A DNA stretch of 64,000 bases from Candidatus Omnitrophota bacterium (GTDB lineage: Bacteria > Omnitrophota > Gorgyraeia > Gygaellales > UBA12090), in assembly GCA_030674475.1 (NCBI GenBank), contig JAUSCZ010000035.1:74682-138681 (forward strand). The letters are read 5' to 3'. Below are positions 35,474-45,186 of the stretch, piece by piece. The notes beneath the pieces were generated by a model. That model saw only the letters and a program-made list of their open reading frames with translations, was not told where the DNA came from and ran no database searches. A program made the position numbers and the translations under genes. Within the stretch, counting starts at the first letter, position 1, and every line of letters starts with the position of its first letter.

Positions 35474-36091
35474 TTTCACTTGCAAATCTCCTTATAAGTG
35501 CGATAAATCGCACCGCTACGCAACATGAGATAAATCGCCTACCTGCGGTAAGCAGGCACCGCTACGCGACATGAGTGACCCACGGTAGGCGGAGGTAAAA
35601 CCCGCGCCCTTATCACTCCCAAGGAGCAACTGCATCTCAGAGTATCGGTATAACCAACTCAAGAACAGACTTTTAAAAACTCCTGCTATAATAAAAAACC
35701 AAGCTCTACTTTTTAAGGGTAGCTTGGCTTCGCACTCTAAGAATAAAACCGAGTGCTCTTTTCTTGTTTGAGCTTAACAACTTGGCTTTATTCTGGTTTT
35801 AAAGTTAAGTTGTCGGTGCGCCAGGCTACCTTATCCAGAGGGCTTTCCCCTCCTTTACTTCTGGTAAGACTTAGGTCCTTTAGCTTTGCGCCCCGCGGTT
35901 TCCCGCGGTTTGCCCCGGCCTTAATTTCCTGTGCCGGCCTACCGGTTTCCTGTTTGCGCGGTAGATTTTCGGATGTGGTAATTAAAGTATACACCATAAA
36001 AGAACTAATTACAAGGGTAAAACCGCCTTTTCAGGAAAGCGCTTTCTTGGGAGGAATTTTATCGGTTGAACTCTTTGGTTATCGCTTAGCT

Positions 36092-36949
36092 TTACCTTTC
36101 CCGCAGGAAATTCTCCTTTATGAAATCAATCAGGTATTCGTAAAGCGGCTGGGAGGTTTTTATAAATCCCTCTATCTGCTGCCAGCGGATATCCAGATAT
36201 TCATGGGTAATCATATTCCTTAACCCCGCGAACCTGCCCAGCTTCTCGGCAGTGTTTTTATCAAAATCTTTCAGCAAAGACAGCGATTTCAGGATCTCTT
36301 TATATTTCTCCGGCAGGCGGATTTTCTCTGAGGCCAGAACAATCTCGGCGATGTCAATCGAACAAAGCGCGATGCCTTCCGCCCAATGCTCAACATTTCT
36401 TTTTTTGCCGCGATCAGACTCATAAAGGGATTGATTAAGCTCCCGGAATTCCTCGTAAGATTTTAATTCTTCTTCCAGGAAATCAATCAAAACCTCCAAC
36501 TGTTCTTTATCTTCCAGGCTTAATGATTTTGACCTTTCCCGAATCCGCCTATAGTCTTGAATAAATTCTTTAAAATCCGCGGACGCGGAATTAATGGTTA
36601 GGAAGAATCGCCAATACAGGGAACGGTCTTTTATAAATATGGGCAGGCCGGTCTTTAGAACCTTGGAAGCCATCGTGCTTGCTGCCCGGTTTAAAACCAG
36701 AAGGTCAACTTCTCTATCCAGAAGATTTTCCAGTTCCCGCCATATCCGGTCTTCTTCGGGATAAAAGGTGTCTTCTTCCCATTCAAGAGCCCTGCCCGCC
36801 GGATTAAAATAAACCGCGATATCCATATCAGAATCCGGCAGGTGCTGGCCTTTGGCAAAAGAGCCGAAAATAAAGGCCATAGAGATATTTTTTTGGTTTT
36901 TGAAATACTCTTTTAACTCTTGGATCTTGACCTTTACCGGCGTTATCAT
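36092..36949 (-). CDS. nucleotidyltransferase (MNT, Pol-beta superfamily) fused to HEPN (DUF86-like) domain
   Basis: N-terminal GSFAKG...DSDMDIAV nucleotidyltransferase motif, with a C-terminal RNMITHEY (Rx4H HEPN motif). Confidence 0.65.
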   Translation of the reverse strand: MITPVKVKIQELKEYFKNQKNISMAFIFGSFAKGQHLPDSDMDIAVYFNPAGRALEWEEDTFYPEEDRIWRELENLLDREVDLLVLNRAASTMASKVLKTGLPIFIKDRSLYWRFFLTINSASADFKEFIQDYRRIRERSKSLSLEDKEQLEVLIDFLEEELKSYEEFRELNQSLYESDRGKKRNVEHWAEGIALCSIDIAEIVLASEKIRLPEKYKEILKSLSLLKDFDKNTAEKLGRFAGLRNMITHEYLDIRWQQIEGFIKTSQPLYEYLIDFIKENFLRER

Positions 36950-36976
36950 TTTATTCTTTATTTTTTTCGCCTTATT

Positions 36977-37186
36977 TTATCTCCTCAGGGAAATATTATA
37001 ATCACTGCCCTCCTGGCTTAAGATTATATGGCCTTCCCTGGCCAGCCAGCCCATACTCATTAAAAGTAAGTCCTTGGGCTGGTCTATGTCTTTGCATAGG
37101 CGGCTCAAGACTGCGCTTCCATGATGCTGATCCAGATAATGCCAGATATCTCCGGCGGTAATGCCTATTTCAGTAATCATATCCAC
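36977..37186 (-). CDS. hypothetical small protein, possible winged-helix regulator partner of the MNT-HEPN gene
   Basis: 69 aa, 27 nt upstream of the MNT-HEPN gene on the same strand. Confidence 0.35.
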   Translation of the reverse strand: MDMITEIGITAGDIWHYLDQHHGSAVLSRLCKDIDQPKDLLLMSMGWLAREGHIILSQEGSDYNISLRR

Positions 37187-37345
37187 CCCCTTTTTTTTAG
37201 TTCTGTGGTTCTTAAACTATTAGCTATTAAAGAACTTGCGAACTAACGAACTGGCGAATTTATAGCCTGTTACTAACAATATATACCATACTTTTGACTT
37301 ATTTCAAAATAAATTTTGTCTGCCCGACGGGGTAGTCAGGGTATT

Positions 37346-37747
37346 TTAATCCCGGTCGGTGGCGATATTTACCTGTTCAACCCCTAAATCCCGGGCCATA
37401 TCCCAGACCTCAACCACCCGGCCCAGCCTTGCTCCCTGATCCGCCATAATCAAAACCGGGCGTTTGGTTTTCTTGGCCTCATTAAGAACAATCTTAATCT
37501 CTTTGGCAGTTAAAACCTTTTTATCCAAATAAATGACATTTTCCCGGCTGATAGTAATAATAATGGTGTCTCCTTCGCTGGCCTCCGCGCTTACCGCCTT
37601 GGGTAGATTCACCTTGATTCCCGACTGCACGATAAAACTTGAGGTCAGCATAAAAAATATCAAAAGCTGAAACACCATATCTATCAAAGGGGTAATATCA
37701 ATCTGGCGCAGGCCATGCTCCAATTCCATATGTCTTTTAAAGCGCAT
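37346..37747 (-). CDS. exbD: biopolymer transport protein ExbD/TolR
   Basis: Single TM segment (IDITPLIDMVFQLLIFFMLTS) plus a periplasmic domain; 133 aa. Confidence 0.85.
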   Translation of the reverse strand: MRFKRHMELEHGLRQIDITPLIDMVFQLLIFFMLTSSFIVQSGIKVNLPKAVSAEASEGDTIIITISRENVIYLDKKVLTAKEIKIVLNEAKKTKRPVLIMADQGARLGRVVEVWDMARDLGVEQVNIATDRD

Positions 37748-37751
37748 TTTT

Positions 37752-37821
37752 ACCCCTCCCCGCCTCCCTTTGTTAAGGGGAGGATTTCTCCCCGTAGGGG
37801 CGGGTTCGAACCCGCCCCTAC
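37752..37821. repeat. composite intergenic element (SD-hairpin module plus REP palindrome) between exbB stop and exbD start
   Basis: ACCCCTCCCCGCCTCCCTTTGTTAAGGGGAGGATTTCTCCCCGTAGGGGCGGGTTCGAACCCGCCCCTAC. The exbB stop codon TAG lies inside the palindrome. Confidence 0.8.
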
Positions 37822-38450
37822 TCCGTAAGGAAATTGACTAATTCGGTTGCCGCTTTTTCCATCTCTAAAATCACGGAGTTAACCCGGCCTACCAGGTAAT
37901 TATAAGTGATAAAAGCCGGTATGGCCACCACCAGGCCTGCCACCGTGGTTAAAAGCGCCTCCCAAATTCCCCCGGCCAGGTCTCCCGGGCTGACCGGGTG
38001 GCTGGCGGTAGACTTGACTTGAATAGTATTAAAACAAGTAACCATTCCGGTAACCGTGCCTAAAAGCCCTAAAAGAGGGGCAATGTGGGCAATGGTGGCC
38101 AAAACGTTTAAATTCTTTTCTAATATCGGTATCTCATACAAAGAGGCGTCTTCAATAGCCTCCTTAATATCCTGACGGCTCCTGCCATGCTTTAGTATCC
38201 CGGCCTTTAAAATCTGGCCTACCGGGCTTAAGGTTTTATCACAGTCATAAATTGCCTCTTTTATCTTCTGTTGTTTTAACTTCTCCAATACATTCCTCAG
38301 GAAATAAGTAGAATTTATTTTTATCTTTCTCAGATACCACAATTTCTCTATAGTTATTGCCAGGGCCCATATTGAACTGATAAGTATGGGCCACATAACC
38401 GGCCCGCCAGCCAAAAAAAGCTTCCAAAAATTCATCTGCCAGATATTCAT
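37818..38450 (-). CDS. exbB: MotA/TolQ/ExbB proton-channel family protein
   Basis: Three TM helices with a conserved ExbB core (GLLGTVTGMV). Confidence 0.85.
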   Translation of the reverse strand: MNIWQMNFWKLFLAGGPVMWPILISSIWALAITIEKLWYLRKIKINSTYFLRNVLEKLKQQKIKEAIYDCDKTLSPVGQILKAGILKHGRSRQDIKEAIEDASLYEIPILEKNLNVLATIAHIAPLLGLLGTVTGMVTCFNTIQVKSTASHPVSPGDLAGGIWEALLTTVAGLVVAIPAFITYNYLVGRVNSVILEMEKAATELVNFLTE

Positions 38451-38455
38451 TTTCT

Positions 38456-38495
38456 TACCCCTCCCCGCCTCCCCTTGTTAAGGGGAGGATTTTTT
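38456..38495. repeat. SD-hairpin module copy (CCCCTCCCCGCCTCCCCTTGTTAAGGGGAGGATTTTTT) directly upstream of exbB ATG
   Basis: Read from the sequence; this copy has no REP palindrome attached. Confidence 0.8.
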
Positions 38496-38499
38496 GCCT

Positions 38500-38640
38500 C
38501 CAACAAGTTATTAAACTCTAAATCCTAAATTCTAAACTCGAAACCCTAAACAAATCCCAAACCCAAAACATTATATTTTTAGTTTTGAGTTTATGATTTT
38601 GCCTGCCTGCCGGCAGGCAGGAGTTTGTTTAGGATTTAGG
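38500..38640. terminator. large inverted-repeat region (CTAAATCCTAAA... / ...TTTAGGATTTAGGG arms around the perfect palindrome GCCTGCCTGCCGGCAGGCAGG)
   Basis: Read from the sequence; lies downstream of the TPR gene stop. Confidence 0.55.
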
Positions 38641-41077
38641 GTTTAGGATTTAGGGTTTTTTGTATTTCCAGGAGCCTCTCCTGGGCGAATTTAGACTCTT
38701 CAACATCAAGGCTGACTATTTTTTCATACATCTCAACTGCCTTCTGAATATCTTCTTTGTCCTCATAAATCTTGCCCGCGCGCAGTAAACCTTTTACCAA
38801 TATATCCTTATCGGCTTCGGAGCTGATAGCGCGATATTCCAGGACCGCTTCGTCCAATAAACCCGCCTCTTCCAAACATTCCGCCAGGCCAAACCGCGCC
38901 TGAGCCTTGTTTTCAGAACCGCCTTCCTGAAGAACCTTCCGGTAGTAAGAGGCCGCGTCTAGAAAATTACCCGAAGATTTATAGATATCGGCTATCTTAG
39001 GATACACCTTTTGCTTATCGCGCTCTATCTTTTTAAACGCCTCCAGGGCTTCTTCGTAGCGGCCGTCCTTCTCGAAAGCCCGGCCCAATAAATAATACGC
39101 ATCGTCCCGCGCTAAAGGATCCTGCCCGCTCTGAATAATATCTAACAGATAGCGCCGGGATAAGTCAAGCTTATTTTCCTGGAAATAATGTTCGGCCAGG
39201 CGCCAGAGAACCGCGGATGAAACCTCAGAACTGCTGTATTTAGAGCGCAGATACTCCAGCTTGCTTAAGGCCTCCTCAATCCGGCCCAGAGAATACAAAC
39301 AGTCCGCCATCTCAAACTCCGCCCTGGCCGATAGCTTCGCGTCTTGAGCGTCCAGCTTAGCCGCCTGCTTAAAAATCTCGTAAGCATCCTGAAACCGGCC
39401 CAAGGATTTAAGGCTTAACCCCTGAAAGTTAAGCGCCCGGGCCTTATGGGCACTCCGGGGATAACGGGTTACAAAACTTCTCAACTGCATATAGCTGTTT
39501 AGAAAATCACCCTGTTCGTAATAAGCCGTTCCCAAATAAAAGTTGATTGTCTCTCTCGCTGGCGATTCGGAATATTTAGCTATTGCCGATTTTAAAACTT
39601 CTATTGCCCGGCCGTATTCCCGGGATTTCAATAAAGCTAAACCCAAACCGCTATAGACATAGCCGCAATTCGCGCAATCAGGATAGTCTTTCAAAATACC
39701 CTCGTAAATACCAATGGCCTTCTTGTTATCCCCTGATTCCAGGAAAACCTCGGCCATTTCAGTCAGCGCCGAAACCTTAAGGCTATCATCCTTGGAATTC
39801 TGGGCCAATAAAGAGAATTCTTTTAAGGCCTGGCCAGTATTTCCCGACTTTAAGTAACTTAGGCCCAGACCATAACTTATCCTATCCGAAAATGAACCGC
39901 TCACCTCAGGATTGATTCGGCCCTCTGCCTCTTTATACGCCGAGATTGATTGAGAATAGTCTCCTTGATTGTAAAGCGCCTCGGCTTTTCCTATATACGC
40001 CTCTAAGACAATAGCGGCATCCTTAGAGCGGCTGATAAGCTTATCATAGTTTTCTATGGCTTCAGGAAACTTTAAGCTCATCCCCAGGGCCAAGGCCCGG
40101 CCTAAAAGCGCGTTTTCAAAATAACCGCCGCTTTCGGCAGAAAGAGGTTTATCAAAATTCATCAGCGCCGAGGCATAATCCCCTGATTTCAAATAACTCC
40201 ATCCCAAGCCTAAATAAACCGGGTTCTTGAAATCGTCATCACTATCCTGAGCCAAGGCCTGTATATAGTTATCTATAGCATAAGGATAGTCTTTTAAATA
40301 AAAACCGCTTTCGGCTAAATAAAATTTAATTAATCTTTTCCCGGACGCGTCCGAAAGAACCTCCGGAATATTCCCGGATTGAGCCGAATTTGGCCTTAAA
40401 TAATAGTTCTTTTCCAGATATTCAGCGTAACTTTTAAGCTGAGAGTAATCCTTTAAGCTGTAAAGACATTCGGCAATCTTATAATCCGCCTCTCTTACCA
40501 GAAGATTCCCGGGAAACTTATCCTTGAAAGCGCTGAATTTATCCTGCGCCTCTTTAAATTTACCCTGTTCAAATAAACACCAGCCCAGGGAATAATAGGC
40601 CTGAGCCAAATAAGCTGAATCCAGACACTCCAGGGTTAACTTTTCATAAAAATTTAACGCCGAAGGCATATCCTGGCTTCTAAGATAACTCTCGGCCAGC
40701 CAATAATAAATTTTATCCTTAGATACTGCCGCATCCTTTAAATTTATGGTTCGACCGCGCGGTTCACCATCAAGCAGACGATTAAATTGTTCTATTGCCG
40801 GAGCGTATTTTTTCTGATTAAAATAACACCTGCCAATATATAAATCCGCTTCCGGTGAAAGCGCGCTTTGGGGAAATCGCGAGATAAATTTATTTAAAAG
40901 GTTAAGGCTGGTATCGTAAAAACCATTCTCGAAAGCGCCCACAGCCAAAGAAAGCTCTTCTTGTTCTTTTTTGTCAGAATCCGTCTCCTGGGCACGCGCG
41001 GCAGAGAACGAAAAACAAATAACGGAAAGTAGAAGAAAAGATAAAATTAATATTTTTGACTTTTTATTTTTCAACAT
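38636..41077 (-). CDS. secreted tetratricopeptide-repeat (TPR) protein, 813 aa
   Basis: Signal peptide followed by more than 15 TPR-like helical repeats (recurrent A..Y/F..G.Y..A patterns). Confidence 0.7.
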   Translation of the reverse strand: MLKNKKSKILILSFLLLSVICFSFSAARAQETDSDKKEQEELSLAVGAFENGFYDTSLNLLNKFISRFPQSALSPEADLYIGRCYFNQKKYAPAIEQFNRLLDGEPRGRTINLKDAAVSKDKIYYWLAESYLRSQDMPSALNFYEKLTLECLDSAYLAQAYYSLGWCLFEQGKFKEAQDKFSAFKDKFPGNLLVREADYKIAECLYSLKDYSQLKSYAEYLEKNYYLRPNSAQSGNIPEVLSDASGKRLIKFYLAESGFYLKDYPYAIDNYIQALAQDSDDDFKNPVYLGLGWSYLKSGDYASALMNFDKPLSAESGGYFENALLGRALALGMSLKFPEAIENYDKLISRSKDAAIVLEAYIGKAEALYNQGDYSQSISAYKEAEGRINPEVSGSFSDRISYGLGLSYLKSGNTGQALKEFSLLAQNSKDDSLKVSALTEMAEVFLESGDNKKAIGIYEGILKDYPDCANCGYVYSGLGLALLKSREYGRAIEVLKSAIAKYSESPARETINFYLGTAYYEQGDFLNSYMQLRSFVTRYPRSAHKARALNFQGLSLKSLGRFQDAYEIFKQAAKLDAQDAKLSARAEFEMADCLYSLGRIEEALSKLEYLRSKYSSSEVSSAVLWRLAEHYFQENKLDLSRRYLLDIIQSGQDPLARDDAYYLLGRAFEKDGRYEEALEAFKKIERDKQKVYPKIADIYKSSGNFLDAASYYRKVLQEGGSENKAQARFGLAECLEEAGLLDEAVLEYRAISSEADKDILVKGLLRAGKIYEDKEDIQKAVEMYEKIVSLDVEESKFAQERLLEIQKTLNPKP

Positions 41078-41273
41078 TACTGTCTAAATTAGTTGTAACA
41101 TGTCATTCCCGCAATCTTTAGGCGGGAATCCACGACGATAGAAGAACCTAGATGCCCGCCGCAGCCTGCCCTCGAATGTTTTAATCGGGGGCGGGCATGA
41201 CAGTTTTGATATCTCGAAATGATTTATCGCCGACAGATAGCGGTTTATTTGGACACGAGTGATTTTTCATTCC

Positions 41274-44060
41274 TTACGCGTCCAGCACCTTCTTCAAATA
41301 GCTTCCGGTGTAAGACTTATTTGATTGAATAATATCCCGCGGCCTGCCGCAAGCAACTACCTCACCGCCCAAATCCCCTCCCTCGGGCCCTAAATCAATT
41401 ATATAGTCGGCTCCTTTTATCACATCCAGATTATGCTCAATCACAATCACGCTGTTGCCTTTATCAACCAAACGGTGCAGGACTGATAAGAGTTTATCCA
41501 CATCGGCAAAGTGCAGTCCGGTAGTCGGCTCATCCAGGACATACAGGGTATTCCCGGTTGAGCGCTTGCTCAGCTCCGAGGAAAGCTTAATCCTCTGGGC
41601 CTCGCCTCCGGAAAGGGTAGTCGCGGACTGGCCTAACTGAATATATCCTAAACCCACGTCGCTAAGGGTATCCAGGATATTTTTTATTTTGGGGATGGAG
41701 GAAAAAAACTCTCCCGCCTCCTCAACCGTCATATCCAGGACATTGGCTATGGTTTTTCCCTTGTAGTTGACCTCCAGGGTCTGCTGGTTAAAGCGCTGTC
41801 CCTGACAGACATCACATTTCACATACACACAGGGGAGAAAATGCATCTCAATTTTCTTTATCCCGTCTCCGGCACAGGCCTCGCATCTGCCGCCCGGGAC
41901 ATTAAAAGAGAATCTACCCGGACGGTAACCCCTGACCTTAGCCTCAGGCAGGCTGGAAAAGATATCGCGAATATAAGAATAGACCCCGGTATAAGTAGCC
42001 GGATTGGAACGAGGAGTCCTTCCGATGGGTGATTGATCCACCACAATCACCTTATCAATAAACTGATGCCCCTCTATTCTTTTGTGCCGGCCGGCTTTAA
42101 GTTTACTCTTATAAAGCCTTTGCATTAAAGCCGGGTATAAAATATCATACACCAGGGTGGATTTTCCCGAACCCGACACCCCGGTAACGCAGACCAATAA
42201 ACCCAGGGGTATTTCCACATCTATATCTTTAAGATTATGTTCGGCGCCGCCGATAACCTTAAGCATCTTTTTAGTATTTATAGGCCTGTTACTTAATTTA
42301 GGACCTATTTTCAGCTCTTTGTTTAAATACCGCGAGGTTAGGGAATCTTTATTTTTTAGCAATTCCCCAACCGGGCCGCTAAAGATTACCTTGCCTCCAT
42401 GCCTACCCGCGCCCGGGCCCAAATCCACCACCCAATCCGCGCTACGGATAGTTGCCTCATCGTGCTCAACCACTATTAAAGTATTGCCTAATTCTTTAAG
42501 CGCTTTAAGGGTAGCCAGAAGCTTATCATTATCTCTTTGATGTAAGCCAATACTTGGCTCATCCAAAACATACAAAACTCCTACCAGGCCCATTCCCACC
42601 TGAGCCGCCAGACGAATTCTCTGGGACTCCCCTCCGGAAAGCGTGGAGCTAAGCCGGTCTAAACTTAAATAACCCAGGCCCACATCAACACAGAATTTTA
42701 ATTTTAAGATTATCTCCTTTAAAACCTGGTGGGCGATAAGTTTCTCTCTTTCCTGAAGCCGCAAAGTCCTGAAAAAATCCATAGCCCGGACCAGAGACAT
42801 CTTAGTTACCTCGTATATGGATAAGCCGTTTACTTGAACGCTTAAACTCTCAGCTTTAAGGCGCGCGCCCTTACATTGAGGACACGGCTGATCCGACATA
42901 AAACGGGAAATCTCTTCCTTTAGATAATCCGACTTGGTTTCTTTAAACAGCCTTTCCAGGTGGGGAAGGACCCCTTCATAGCGCTTGCCCCAAATCAATT
43001 CATCAGTGCCATAGAGAATTATCTTTCGCTCCGAAACGGTTAATTTTTTAAAAGGCTTTTCTATGTCGATCCTCAAAACGCGGCATAATTCCCTCAAAAA
43101 GCCGCGATAATACATACTATAGCCTCTGGGGCCCTTTCTCCAGGGCTCGATTGCCTCAATCACCGGCCTCTCTTTATCCGGAATAATAAAATCCGGATCA
43201 AATTCAAATTTCACCCCCAAACCATTACAAGCCGGACAGGCCCCGTAAGGAGAATTAAAAGAGAAAACCCGCGGCTGGACCTCGGCGTAACTTATGCCGC
43301 ATTTCAGGCAGGAATATTCCTGGTTGTAGAGTTTATCTCTTGAGCCTGATGAAACTATAACTACCCCCTTGCCGACTTTCAGGGCCGTCTCCAGCGAATC
43401 CGCCAACCTCTTCTTATCCTCTTCCCTGACTATAAGCCTATCCACCACCGCCTCAATATTGTGGAGCTTATATTTACCCAGATCCGGGAATTCATCTAAT
43501 TCATAGATGTTCCCGTCAACCCTGACCCGCGCAAAGCCGGCCTTACGCACCTGAGCCGGAATTTCCCGGTATTGGCCCTTCTTGCCCCTGATTAAGGGTG
43601 TAAGTATTTCTATTTTCTGATTCTTAAGCCCGGATAAGACATCAGCGCTGATTTCATCCAAGCTCTGACGGGATATCGCCTGTTGGCACTTATAACAATG
43701 CACGATCCCAATCCGGGCAAAAAGAAGCCTTAAGTAATCGTGGATTTCGGTCTGGGTGGCCACGGTGGAACGGGGGCTTCCTCCGGCAGTCCTCTGCTCA
43801 ATAGAGATAGCCGGCGACAGGCCCTCAATAGACTCCACATCCGGCTTCTGCAGCTGCTCTAAAAACTGGCGGGCGTAACTGGAGAGGCTTTCCACATAGC
43901 GGCGCTGGCCTTCGGCGTAAATAGTATCAAAGGCCAGTGAAGACTTGCCTGAGCCGGATAAACCGGTAATCACAATCAGTTGGTCGCGCGGCAGGCTTAA
44001 GTCAATATTCTTCAGGTTATGGACCTTGGCCCCGCGGATAATTATTTGGTCAGTGGGCAT
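41274..44060 (-). CDS. uvrA: excinuclease ABC subunit A
   Basis: Two ABC ATPase modules ([20 protein letters not shown]), zinc-finger cysteines, and LSGGE signature motifs; 928 aa. Confidence 0.95.
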   Translation of the reverse strand: MPTDQIIIRGAKVHNLKNIDLSLPRDQLIVITGLSGSGKSSLAFDTIYAEGQRRYVESLSSYARQFLEQLQKPDVESIEGLSPAISIEQRTAGGSPRSTVATQTEIHDYLRLLFARIGIVHCYKCQQAISRQSLDEISADVLSGLKNQKIEILTPLIRGKKGQYREIPAQVRKAGFARVRVDGNIYELDEFPDLGKYKLHNIEAVVDRLIVREEDKKRLADSLETALKVGKGVVIVSSGSRDKLYNQEYSCLKCGISYAEVQPRVFSFNSPYGACPACNGLGVKFEFDPDFIIPDKERPVIEAIEPWRKGPRGYSMYYRGFLRELCRVLRIDIEKPFKKLTVSERKIILYGTDELIWGKRYEGVLPHLERLFKETKSDYLKEEISRFMSDQPCPQCKGARLKAESLSVQVNGLSIYEVTKMSLVRAMDFFRTLRLQEREKLIAHQVLKEIILKLKFCVDVGLGYLSLDRLSSTLSGGESQRIRLAAQVGMGLVGVLYVLDEPSIGLHQRDNDKLLATLKALKELGNTLIVVEHDEATIRSADWVVDLGPGAGRHGGKVIFSGPVGELLKNKDSLTSRYLNKELKIGPKLSNRPINTKKMLKVIGGAEHNLKDIDVEIPLGLLVCVTGVSGSGKSTLVYDILYPALMQRLYKSKLKAGRHKRIEGHQFIDKVIVVDQSPIGRTPRSNPATYTGVYSYIRDIFSSLPEAKVRGYRPGRFSFNVPGGRCEACAGDGIKKIEMHFLPCVYVKCDVCQGQRFNQQTLEVNYKGKTIANVLDMTVEEAGEFFSSIPKIKNILDTLSDVGLGYIQLGQSATTLSGGEAQRIKLSSELSKRSTGNTLYVLDEPTTGLHFADVDKLLSVLHRLVDKGNSVIVIEHNLDVIKGADYIIDLGPEGGDLGGEVVACGRPRDIIQSNKSYTGSYLKKVLDA

Positions 44061-44758
44061 CTTTTAAACAACAACCTTGGCCCCAAAAAAAACGCCTCCC
44101 GGACTATTTCCCGGGACATTTTTGAGGAACCGGCCCTGCGATCGGTAAAGGTAATCGGGATTTCTTTCAACGATAAACCTAATCTTTGGCACCAGAAATT
44201 AACTTCAATCTGAAAGGCATAACCATTAGATTTAATTAAACTTATCGGCAAGGCTTCTAATGCTTTCCGGGAAAAACATTTATAACCGCTGGTTAGATCG
44301 GTTAACTTTAGTCCGCTCATCAGGCGGGCGTAGATATTTGCCGCGTAACTTAAAATAAGCCTGGATAACGGCCAGTTCATAATCCTGATTCCATCCAGAT
44401 AACGCGAGCCGATAACCACATCCGCGGATTGGACAGCTTCCAGGAAAACCGGAATCTCCCGCGGGTCATGAGAAAAATCGGCATCCATTTCAAAAATATA
44501 CTCGTAGTTATCGCCTAAGGCAAACCTAAATCCTTCAATATACGCCGAACCTAATCCTAACTTCGCGGGGCGCTCTATCAAAAATACTTTTTCTTTATAT
44601 CTTTCAATCAGGCCGGAAGCTATCTCCCTGGTCCCGTCAATAGAATTATCGTCTATTATCAGAATATCCGCCTCTAGCCTCAAACTTACAATCTTTTCAA
44701 CAACCCCCTTTAAATTCTGAGCCTCATTATAAGTCGGCAAAATGATGAGTACGCGCAT
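44042..44758 (-). CDS. family-2 glycosyltransferase (polyprenol-phosphate mannosyl/glucosyl transferase-like; ORF track extends to 44818, start likely 44758 [12 protein letters not shown])
   Basis: PTYNE...DDNSxDGT GT2/Dpm1-like motifs. Confidence 0.75.
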   Translation of the reverse strand: MRVLIILPTYNEAQNLKGVVEKIVSLRLEADILIIDDNSIDGTREIASGLIERYKEKVFLIERPAKLGLGSAYIEGFRFALGDNYEYIFEMDADFSHDPREIPVFLEAVQSADVVIGSRYLDGIRIMNWPLSRLILSYAANIYARLMSGLKLTDLTSGYKCFSRKALEALPISLIKSNGYAFQIEVNFWCQRLGLSLKEIPITFTDRRAGSSKMSREIVREAFFLGPRLLFKRCPLTK

Positions 44759-44837
44759 AAGAATTTTTGGTTCATTCGTAAATAATATAGAGTATTCTCC
44801 ACACACATTACAATACAAGATGAGACATCAAAATGAC

Positions 44838-45062
44838 ATTACGTAACGAAACTAATGGTTTTTGAGCGAATGACGATTTTAGCCAAAGCAGCTTGAGTAT
44901 TTTGGGAATCCCAGTGGAGCGAAGCGACAACACTGGGACGGCGAGGATGTTTGAGGGGTATTTGTGAGAACAAATACCCCGAGTTCCGCAGCCGCCAAAA
45001 TGCGAAAGACCTTTGGCGTTAAAAAATCGTCTTTGAGCGAAAAGACCATTAGTTTCGTTCAC
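44838..45062. repeat. ~225-nt structured element bounded by ~40-nt imperfect terminal inverted repeats (ACGAAACTAATGGT...GACGATTTT), with internal hairpins; candidate MITE or structured ncRNA
   Basis: Terminal IRs read from the sequence. Internal hairpins include GGGGTATTTGT-GAGA-ACAAATACCCC and CCCAGTG...CACTGGG. A hairpin with a T-tract follows at 45132-45190. Confidence 0.55.
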
Positions 45063-45186
45063 AGAACTCTCCACAATAATTACGAAAGAACCGGATTTCA
45101 TAATCCTGACACTTTAGTTTTAAAAACAAGGACAGTGCCCATTCCTTAATTTACGCGGATTACTAATGGACACTGTCCTTATTTTT

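Noticed and set aside
35486-36091. Possible RNase P RNA or tmRNA in the 600-nt non-coding region
   Set aside because: Only a weak resemblance (CTGCGGTAAGCAGGCACCG versus the RNase P P10-12 GGTAAGAGCGCACC region). No GGAAAGTCCGG / ACAGAACCCGGCTTA motifs, no tmRNA tag-ORF ending ...ALAA, and no 3' tRNA-like end could be found.
35753-36223. 156-aa plus-strand ORF and 69-aa minus-strand ORF (35788-35997) in the 600-nt gap
   Set aside because: They are mutually antisense, have low-complexity Arg/Pro/Leu-rich translations and no motif or RBS, and sit in the GC-rich structured region. Judged non-coding.
20300-37821. GGTTCGAACC-containing palindromes resembling a tRNA T-arm (possible tRNA genes or tRNA fragments)
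   Set aside because: They are perfect 28-nt palindromes with no D-arm, anticodon arm or acceptor stem. Only 19729-19804 folds into a full cloverleaf.
38500-38640. CTAAATCCTAAA / TTTAGGATTTAGGG short repeats considered as a CRISPR or telomere-like array
   Set aside because: They form the two arms of one large inverted repeat around a central palindrome, consistent with a terminator, and partly encode the TPR protein C-terminus.
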